Origin: Octopus vulgaris | Lineage: Eukaryota | DNA length: 64,000 nt | Direction: 5' to 3' | Assembly (NCBI GenBank): GCA_951406725.2 | Contig: OX597834.1 | Coordinates: 23,312,001 to 23,376,000 of the forward strand | Shown: positions 50,801 to 62,257 of the stretch, piece by piece | Layout of the letters: each line of letters begins with the position of its first letter | Numbering within the stretch: position 1 is the stretch's first letter | The notes under the pieces: model-generated | The model's database searches: none | Told to the model about the DNA's origin: nothing | The model's input: only the letters and a program-made list of their open reading frames with translations | Position numbers and translations under genes: made by a program

Positions 50801-53800
50801 TCCTGATAGTGATGCAAAGTTTTTCATTCCTTTGTCTTTCATAGACTAACCCCTGTTTCTACAACCTACATAAGATCAGTTCTATTTTTATGAAACAAAA
50901 CTTCTCGTTTTAGAGTGATCACTCTTAAATCAAAATATTCTGTTATAATTATATATAGAAACATTTATGTTCCAAACACCATCTTGCCAATATACATTAC
51001 TCTTTTCTTATGTACCAAATACCATCTTAGTATATTAATGTATATATTTGTCTTTTGTTATGTTCCAAACATCATCTTAACATACCAATACATACTTGTC
51101 TTTTATGATCCAAACATCATCTTCATATACTAATTTATGTTTGTCTTTTTTTTATTTCAAGCACCATCTTAATCTACCATTATATAATAGTCTTTTGTTA
51201 TGTTCAAAATACTGTCTTCATATGTTAATATATATTTGGCTTTTGTTATATTCATAGCCCTATATTATACAATACAGTGTTGTGTTCCAAGCACCATGTT
51301 AATAATATTGGGTCACCACAGCCTTCAGTACAATTGTGGGCATTATATGGGTCACCCTGCATGGATACTCTCCCAACCCCTGGTATAACAATCTTCATGG
51401 CACTAAACCCCTACATGTTATAAAGAATGTTAGAGATATGAGGGAGTTCCCAAAAGAAAACAGAATTTTGCAATATTATTTTATTCATTTTGTTTTACAT
51501 GTTGATGGTAACCCGGAATGAGGTTGGTCTTCAAGCAACAAGTGACCATTCCTAATACATGGAAACCACTCATAAACTTATGTTTTGCTCATGGCAGTGT
51601 CCTTGTAAGCTGTTTGAAGCATGAGAACTGTTTCGGCCACTGTTTTCCACAGCAGAAAACAGAATTTTGCAGAAGCATGCCATACCTTCGTTTCAGCCAT
51701 CGCAAAAATCAACAATCAGGGGAGAAACACTGCAAAACAAAGGCACACCACATGGCAGTACGATTCCATTTGATGCTGCTGGTCAGTAGACTGATGCCTG
51801 AGAGTCGTATCAAGTGACTTCTAGCAGCAGAGACCTGAGCTGCAACAGGCTTGTCCCACAGAGAATGTTTCCAGTTACTTTTGGGTACCCTCTTGTATCT
51901 CATTAAAACGAATCACCACCCTGGGCCAATACAGCTAGGCAGTAGGGTCATTACAGATGTTGCTGTCCTCCTCAAGGCACCTCACTGGACCACCACACTC
52001 TCCCAACAGATCCATCAATCACCCATTTTTTTTAATTGACGCCTGAAAGTGGGATTTGAACTCTGATTGTTGAGTGCCAAAACAAATACCACAACTAGCC
52101 AATATGCTAAGGACCATAATGTCACCAGCATTGTTTAAACATCTACTTTTCCATGTTTGCATAAGTCAGATGGATTTTCGAAGGCTGGATGCCCTTCCTG
52201 TCGCCAATCCCCACTCGATTCCAAGCAAAATAATGTTTCCCCAATGTCCAGACATGGTTTTTCAGAATATCAGAAATAAAGGACACTGCTTGTATGACAC
52301 AAACTTGCAGACAGTAACACACACACACACACCCATCATCACCATCATCATCATCACCATCACCATCATCATCATCATCATCATCATTATTTAACATCTG
52401 CCTTCCATGCTGTCATGGGTGGGATGGTTTGACAGAAGCTGGTTAGGCAGAAACCTGCACCAGATTTCTGACTGTTTTGGCAGGATCTTTATTGTTGGAT
52501 GCCCTTCCTAGCACCAACCACCCAGCAGAGTGGACTGAGTGCTTTTTACATGGCACACACACAGGCAAGGTCAGTTTTGGCAAGATTTTTTCAGCTGGAT
52601 GCCCTTCTGAACACCAGCCACTTTACAGTGTGGACTGAATATATCATATATATATACACACACACACACGTAATGAGCTTCTTTCAGTTTCTATCTACCA
52701 AATCCACTCACAAGGTTTTGGTAGGCCTGAAGCTATAGTAGAAGGCACTTGCCCAAGGTGCCATGCAGTGGGACTGAACATGGAACCATGTGATTGAGAA
52801 GCAAGCTTCTTACCACGCAGCCACACATTTTCTTTTCTTTTTGTTCTTTTATAGCCTGAGTTCATATCCCACCGGGAGTTGAAATAGTCTTTCATCACAC
52901 TGAACTCACCAATGATACCAGTTATCAATTTGATTGATTCCTCTCACACCAACTACTTCATCATCACTCTGTGAACCTTTAATAAAAAATGTTTTCTTTT
53001 TTCTTTTATTTCATTTTCATTTACTTTTACATCTTTTATCTTTTTACTTATTTCAGTCGTTGGACTGCAGCCATGCTGGGGCATCATCTTGAAGGGTTTT
53101 AGTCGAACAAATCAAACCCCAACCCCCAACCCCCACCCCAATACTTAATTCTTTTTTAAAGTCTAATATTCATTTTATCGGTCACTTTTGCCACACTGCT
53201 AAGTTCTGGAAACATAAACAAACTAACACCAGTTGTCAAGCAGTGATGGTGACAAAGCCAAACACACACACACACACACACAAATGTGCACACAATGAGG
53301 TTCCACACAGCTTCTGTCAACCAAATTCCCTCACAAGGCATTGGATGGTTTGGAGCTAGAATAAAAGACACTTGCCCAAGGTGCTACTCACTGGAATTGA
53401 ACCTGAAATGTTGTGGTTGCAAAGCAAGCTTCTCAACCACTCAGCCAGTTCTGAACCTAAATCTTAATTTTTTTTTATAAATTTTAGTTTAAACATTTTG
53501 TGTTTTTTTTCCTTTTTCTATTTTACTTTTTGATAGTTTTTCTTGTTTTTATGAAATTTTGAAAAAAATGGAATTTTGTTAAGGAAGTCTGTAGAATTTG
53601 ACATTTACGTTTCCTGCCAACATCATACATCTCCATTTCATTCCCTAAGACTGCATCAATTAAACACCATAGCAGGAAATTGACTTAAATACTGATTAGC
53701 AAATGCTTATCAAAGGAGAACTGTTCTAATTTGTATTTTCATTTCTTTTATCGATATATTCAGATGATGCCAGCTTGCTGAACACTGAGTCACCTTTAGA

Positions 53801-53987
53801 GAAAGTTCCAGTTAATGATAGTGAGAAACTCCTTTTAAGGTTAGGCTTGTCTGAGAGGCGCCCGGCCCCAGATGTCGTCCACTTTTCAGAAGCTGATCCC
53901 CTAGGAGAGAAACTTGTCAGAGGACACACCTCTGATGACCTCATAACATCACTATGTAAGTCACGCCATTGCTATCATACAATGTAA

Positions 53988-54018
<31 letters not shown>

Positions 54019-57000
54019 GTGTGTGTGCGTGTGCATGTGTGTGTGTGTTCTCCACGTGATTTTATTTCATACTCCACAAAAATCTGTAACTGACTCAATC
54101 TCTGTCACTTTGTCTCTCCTTGTCTCTCTTTATCTCTCTCTCTCTATCTATCTGTGCGTGTCTCTCTCTCTGTCTCTCTTTGTATCTGTCCATCTCTCTG
54201 TGGATCTCTCTCTCTCTCTCTCAATTACTTCCCTTCTCTCTCCTATATTATTCTAGCTGCCACTGCTCGTGCTGTAAAGAGCGTAAAGAATTTGAAATCC
54301 CTCGGTGAACAAGCTGTCTGTCTCCGGACTCCACATGAACGAATGCTTGCTCTGCAACGAATAACATCGGCAATGCAAGTACTCCTTGCTAGAACCATGG
54401 TTATGAAAGCCCTTGCACTCCTTAGTGATAGGTGAGTATCTAATATCATGTACATGTTGTATTATAAACTAGGAAATATCTAATACCTGAGCACGCCTTG
54501 TATGATGTCTCCAGGAAGAATTGTGTTCTCTAGCATACAGTTTGAATTTTTCAGACCAAAACAAAGGTAGATTGCGGAGGACCAAAAACTGCGTGTGAAA
54601 TATAGCAGGATTTCAAAAGACAATGATGATGTTTGAATGTTTACACTATATACTACATCATCATCGTTATTTAACATCCTCCTTCCATGCTGGCATGGGT
54701 TGGATGGTTTGACTTGTAAGCCCAGTACTTATTCTATTTGGTCTCTTTTGCCGAACTGCTAAGTGACGGGACATAAACACACCAGCATCGGTTGTCAAGC
54801 AATGCTAGGGGGACAAACACAGGCACACAAACACACACATATATATATATATATGACGGGCTTCTTTCAGTTTCCGTCTACCAAATCCACTCACAAGGCA
54901 TTGGTCGGCCTGAGGCTATAGCAGAAGACACTTGCCCAAGATGCCACGCAGTGGGACTGAACCTGGAACCACATGGTTGATTAGCAAGCTACTTACCACA
55001 CAGCCACTCCTGCACCTATACAGTTCATTGTTTTTAATACTTTTCTCTGTCCATGTAGAAATTGAAGCTCTATCCTCCTCTCTCTTTCCGTCCACAGTGG
55101 TCCGTCCTGCAGTTTATCTGCTGCCCTTGAAAACATTGGGCTTTCAGACATCATGCTCGTTGTCCGTTTGATGCAGTTCTGTGCTGCAGGGAAGCTCGAT
55201 ATGTCTGCATCTTCATTACAAGTCACTGAACCAGCAGAATGTCTTTCTTACCTGAATGCTGCCATTGGAGCTTTGGCCCAGGAGAATCCACTTTCTCTCA
55301 AACAACTCGTCAAAGTCTGTTCACAGGTAAGTCTCTCTTTCTCTCTCTCTCTCTTCTACACTATATATATATATATATATATATAGAAACACTGCCAGAT
55401 CTGACTGGCCTGGTGCAGCCTTTGGGCTCCCCAGACTCCAGTTGAACCGTCCAACCCATGCTAGCATGGAAAGCGGACGTTAAATGAGGATGATGATGAG
55501 GATGATGATATATAAGTTCAGCAAAATTTAGATTCAAATGAATATGGTACTTTAGTTAGATGAACCAGAATTTTGTATGGTGTTATCCATATAAATCCAT
55601 GGGGTGATTATAATCAAAAATAAGCAACAAGAATAACTTAGTTAATTTGGTACGATCGTTTCATGCTACATCATTTTATTAAATATTGTAAGCATTACAA
55701 CAGTTTTTAAATGTTGATATATATATATATATATCATTATCATCATGATTTAATGTCCGTTTTCCATGCTGGCATGGGTTAGACGGTTTGACAAGAGCTG
55801 TGAAGCCAGAGGACTGCAGTAAGCTCCAGTGTCTACTTTGGCATGGTTTTTATGGCTGGATGTCCTTCCACCCAACAGAGTCACAGATAAATACAGGTGT
55901 ATGTATATATATTTACAAGGAAAACCTTGATAATTAGTTCAAAGTTTTGGGTAGGTGAACATCACCTCTGAACAGAATGCCCATCTGTGACAGGGTTACC
56001 CATTTATAGCTGAGCTGACTGGAGCAATGTGAAATGAAGTGTTTTGCTCAAGAATGCGATGCACTGCTTGTCGTCTGGGAATCAAAACTAGGGTCTTGTG
56101 ACCCATGAGTGCAACACTGTAACCACTACCTTCATATGCATACATCTGTGTGTGTGTAAATGTATAAGAGGGTGCTGAAAAATTCCTGGCTTTAAGGGTA
56201 TCACAAAAGGCCTGGTTCTTTTAAAGAGCTTAGAAAAACTGTTTTTAAATACAGCACATCCATAAGAGATATTGTCTTTGGACAAATACCACAGTAGATT
56301 TCCTTTCAAAGATGTATCTACTGCATTAAGTATGTTACATAGATGGCCATAATTTTATTAATATTTTTACATATTCATTTATAGTGACTCATAAAAACCA
56401 CTGTCCACTCTGCAAGGTGGTTGGCATTAGGAAGGGCATTCAGCTATAAAAACCTTTCCAAAACTGCTTACCCTATGCCAGCATAGAAAACAGATGTTAA
56501 ATGATGATATCTTCCTTCTTTCTCCCACTTCACTCCACCCTCTCCAATATTTCTATTTTGTAGGAATTAATGCAAGCTGCCACAGGTTGGAGTGCCAATC
56601 CTGATGTCCCTGCCCACCAAAGACAGTTGCAGAATGCTGTGGTTCAAGAGAGAATGACCTCACCTAATTTTTCTGTCACCCAAGCCCTTGTCTCTTTATT
56701 GGCTAGTCAAGGATGGAGCAAGAAATTGATGGCACACAATGTCGCTGAAGAAATGAAAAGTATGGATCACAATGCCTACTTGTTTCATCTCACATCTAAC
56801 TTATCTCTCTCTGTCTCCAATCTCTCATCATGTGTGTCTCACTTTCACCTCTCTTTTTCATCTCTTGCAAGTTTTTATCTAATTCATTTCATTCTCTCTC
56901 ACTCACATATCTCTTACAAATCTCATCCCTCTATCATCTCTCTCTCTCTCACCTTTTACCTCTCTCTCTCTCTCTCACTCATCTCCCTCCCTCTCTCATC

Positions 57001-59342
57001 ATTCAGGAAACATTATTTCCCAATTCTTGCTTATTTGTGTTGGCATTCACTATGTCTACCTTACATACACACACACATACAACACTATACACCCATACAA
57101 CCATATCACACACCCCACACACACTCACCCACACACATCTCATTGCACCCCTCATACTCTACCCCTACCTTCTAACATGTAAGTCATCCTATTTTTGTTG
57201 CTCACGAATCCTGCCCATCTTCCTGTCATTCTCTGTAAATGGTCTGTAGAAGATTTTCCTCTTAATTTTCCTTCTAGATCCTTCTCTACAAGAATCTGGT
57301 CCGTTTCTTCACGAAAAGATCACCTCGTTGACCTTGACGGATGCTTTAGCCGCCTGCATCATCTCTTCCTATGTACCTCACCAACACCGCCAATGGGCCG
57401 CCAAACAGTTAGTCCGTTCCATCTCCTCTCAGATACGATCCAGCTGCGATCACAATGAAAATATGGCAGATTTGGCCCATGACCTCTCAAAGTGTTCCGT
57501 CACAAAACTGGAAGGCCATCAAGACAGATTGGATTCTTCTGTGTGGAGTGAGAAGAAGAACTTGTTAGCCACAAGGTGAGATCATTTCTTTACACACTCT
57601 ACTCAAGGTATAGCAATTAGTAACAACTTAATTAACATATTGCAATTATTGATCACTTAATTAACATGCGGCAATTAGGGTAAAAGTGTAAAGATCCCCT
57701 TCAGTCATGAATGACCATGGGATTGCACCGACAAAGTTCCCTTCCAAGGCACAAGTTCAGGCAAGGTTGTTTATGGAAGACCAGCAGTCACCCATGCATA
57801 CCAGCCTCTGCTCTCCATGCCACTAATGTTATCCAAGGGAAAGGCAAAGGGGCCAATACAGCTTGGCATCAGTGACATTGCAACCCATTTCTACAGCTGA
57901 GTGATCTGGAGCAATGTGAAAATAAAGAGTCTTGCTCAAGAACACAACACACAGTGCAGTCCAAGAATCGAACTCATTATCTCATGATTGCGAGCCTGAA
58001 ACTGTAACCACTGAGGCATGCACCTTCATATACGGCAATTAGTAATGTCCAATTAGATATACAATAATTATTGTTATCCAAATTAACACATAGCAATTAT
58101 TATTGTCCATCCATCTGTGCATCCTCTCCACCCACTATTCCTGGAGTGGGGGCGGTCATGGAGGTAGAGTCTTCAGGTGCCTCTTCCATTGGGTCCCATC
58201 ATTACACTTTCTGGTTGGATTCCTAAGCTTGACCAACTGAGGTCAGAGCTATTGTTCAACCATTTCATTCTTCCTCTGCCCCAAGGTCTTCTGCTGGTTG
58301 GCTGGCTTGAAGAATCCGTCTCATGGTTCTTCCCTGTGACATTCTAATCACATGTCCTTAGTACTGGAGCTGTGACCTCTCAATGAGGTGAAATAGCAAC
58401 TCAACCTCAAAAGAGTCCCTGATCCCACGGCTACGTACCCTGTCAAGATCTTGTCTTGATACAGCATTTGTTATTGTCCTAATTAACACACACACTGATT
58501 AGCATTGTCCTAATTAGCACACAGCATCTATTGTTGTTCTAATTAATGCACACTGTTTATTACTGTCCTGATTAACAGTTGTCCACTTTAGAGATTGAGA
58601 ATGTTATCTAATTAATCCATTTGTCCATTTGTGACAGTTCTGGCAGACCTTAGAACTGATATTTGATTAGTTACCACATTCTGAGTTCAAATCCTGCTGA
58701 AGTCAATTCTACCATTCAGCTTTTGTACCAGTCCCCCTACTGGGGTCTATGTAATTGATCCCTTCCTCCAAATTATTGGCCTTGTGTTAAAATTTGAAAC
58801 CATTGTTGTCATTGTCATTTATTGTTGTTAAGGCGGCGAGCTGGCAGAATCATTAGCACGCTGGATGAAATGCTTAGAGGTATTTTGCCCGTTGCTACAT
58901 TCTGAGTTCAAATTTCGCCAACGTCAACTTTGCCTTTCATCCTTTCAGGCAGTGAGCTGGCAGAATCGCTAGCATGCCAGGTGAAATGCTTAGCGGTATT
59001 TCGTCTGCTGCTACGTTTTGAGTTCAAATTCCGCCGAGGTCAACTTTGCCTTTCATCCTTCCGGGGTCGATTAAATAAGTACCAGTTACGCACTGGGGTC
59101 GATATAATCGACTTAATCCGTTCTTCTGTCTTTGTTTGTCTTCTCTGTGTTTAGCCCCTTGTGGGCAGTAAAGAAATAGGTATTGCGTCTGTTGCTATGT
59201 TCTGAGTTCAAATTCTGCCAAGGTCGACTTTGTCTTTCATCCTTTCATGTTCAATAAATTAAGTACCAGTGAGACACTGGGGTCAATGTAATTGACATAT
59301 CTTCTCTCCCAAAGTTATTTCCCTTGTGACAAAATTTGAAAC

Positions 59343-59405
<63 letters not shown>

Positions 59406-60559
59406 ATAATTGTTGGTTATCTCTGTGCAGTGGTTTTGACAGTACCCTTCGAGTGTGGCATCTTCCCAACCGTTCTCATCAATACCTGGAACATACGTGC
59501 GTGTTCCAGAAAGAAGAAGGAAGTTGTGAATCGTATGTGCAGGAATGTGCGCCAGAGAATATTTGCTGGAACTGCACTGGTACATTGGTGGCTGCATCGA
59601 TGAATAACATCATGAACGTATGGGAGATGTCAGGTACGTAACTATGGGTATTGTTGGGTGGGGGGTTGGGGCAGGTGTGGGAGACTGGGATGTCTGGGGA
59701 GTGTGGGAGACTGGGATGTCTGGGGAGTGTGGGGGGACTTCTGTGGTGGTGGTGGTGGTGGTGGTGGTGGTGCAAGCTTGTGGTACTGGTGATAGTGTCA
59801 GGCTGGTGGGGGGAGTAGTGACTGTAAAGGTGGTGTTGGGTGGGAAAGGGACAGGTCGGGAGGGTGGGGTATCGAGATAGGTGGGGGATGATGGGGGACA
59901 GGTTGTGGTGGTGATGGTGGTGGTGGTGGTGGTGGTGGTGAGCGGGGGGCTGGTGATTTCTTTGTTTTGTATTTATTTATACTTTTCCTAAACTCTTCAT
60001 CCAGAGTCCAGTCGTTGTTGTTTAAGAATTCTCAAGATCATCTCGTGATATGTGGTCGTCTCACCATTCATCTTGTGATTCTCTGTTTCAGGTCAAAAAG
60101 GTTATGTAGACGTCAATCCGAACTTAATCACTGCCATGACCTGGCCACAGAGCAAAGGTGTGGCCGAGGGCATTCACAAGAACAGTGTCGACATGCTCTT
60201 GATCGGCCGGGTCAATGGTTCAGTTGCTGTCGTTGACATCCATGGAGACAATTCCTTCTGTCGTCTGGAATTGGAACACTGCTACAGAAAAGGTCTGTTG
60301 ATTGAGTCACCATTGTTGTTTTGTATGCAGATGACGCCTCTGCATCCTCAGAGGCTTGTCTTTTTTTAAACATTATAATTATATATAGGCGCAGTTATGG
60401 CTGTGTGGTAAGAAAGTTGCTTCCCAACCACATGGTTCTGGGTTCAACCCCTGTGTGTGGCACCTCAGGCATGTGCCTTCTACTATAGTGCCAGGTCAAC
60501 CAAAGCCTTGTGAGTGGATTTAGGAGATGGAAACTGAAAGAAGCCCGTCACACACACAC

Positions 60560-60603
<44 letters not shown>

Positions 60604-62225
60604 ATGTGTGCTTGTGTATGTATGTATCTTTGTGTTTGTCCTCAGCACTTGAAAACTGGTTTGGTATGTATACGTCCCTATAACTTAGCAGTTCATCAGA
60701 AGATACTGATAGCATAAGTACCAGGCTTGATGCATTCCACTAAAAGTCTTCAAGGCAGTGCTCCAACATGGCCGCTGTCTAATGACTGAAACAAATAAAA
60801 TATAAAAGATAATTATGAAACGTTGGTCTTTAGATTCGCTTAGCCAGCGGGGTGGCATCATTTGAAGTGCATTGTGACCAGCGATGTGTAACAACATCTG
60901 ATAGCCTGGTCGGTCACATGATCACGTGATATACACACACACACACATACACACACACACACACACAGAGTCATGGCCGGTGCTAGGGACCTGTAAAAAG
61001 CACCCACTACACTGTTGGAGTGGTTGGCATTATGAAGGGTGTCCAGCCATAGAAACCATGCCGAATCAGACTGGAACATGGTACAGCCTCTATGGCTTAC
61101 TAGTTCTAGTCAAAGTACCCCACTCCCATGCCAGTATTGAAAGCGGACACTAAATGCTGCTGATGATGGTATATATATGTATTGTGTAAATGTCTGTCTA
61201 ATGATGCGGTTGTCTTCTCTGCACACACAGTCCCTGTGAAGTGTCTGGCCTGGCCCAGCGAGGACAAAAGATTTGCTGTTGGATTCTGTGATGGAACCTT
61301 GTCCCTGTGTAGCAGAGTTGACTTCAAACAACCCCTTACTGTCGATGCGTTCAATGTAAGTAACGAGCTTTTATTGTTTAATTTACTTAATTACTACAAG
61401 TAAGGTTTATTTGATGTAACTAACGAGTAATTTGGAGTTAATTAACAGAATTCCATTTCATATAATCGACAGATTCAATTCATTTAAATGATTATAGTTA
61501 ATTCATTTGAAGAGGTTTGACTAATTTGAATAAATAATTCCATTTGATATAGTTTGAGTTTTATTAATTTAGGTGATAATAGACAACTTTATTACTTTAG
61601 AGTTCGGTTTGATATAAATAGATAACATGTACTGCTATACACTATTATTGTCTGGTACTTTATTTTATATAATAATATATACTAAACTTCAAGCACTCTT
61701 ATAAACAAAGGGTGTAATAGACTGTGACATACATACAGAGGTGTAACAGAATGTGATGTACATGGAGAGGTGTAATAAATTGTAACAAAAGAAGAAGGAG
61801 GAGGAGGAGGAGAAGGCAATGAGCTAGCAGAATCATAAGCACACTGGGCAAAATATTGAATGGCATTGCATCTATCTTTACATTCTGAGTTCAAATTCTG
61901 TCAAAGTCAAGTTTGCCTTTGGTCCTTTCATGGTTGATAAAATAAAGTACCTGTAATTATCGCCTAAATTTATAAACCTCAAACTTTGTGTTTCGTTTTC
62001 GTTGCAGACGGCCATTGAATGTATCAAGTATGACCCGACTGGACTGTTGATTGGAAGTTTTGCCATCGATGATTCGTGTGTGAAAATCTGGCTTCACAAG
62101 AGAAAGTCCATCCAATGCGTGTATTCCCTGAAGCACAAATGCAGTGTTTCCATGATTGAGTGGTGTAAGATGGTTGGGGTTGGTGACGATAAAGCGCTTA
62201 CGTTTGCTGTGTAAGGACTGATGCT

Positions 62226-62257
<32 letters not shown>

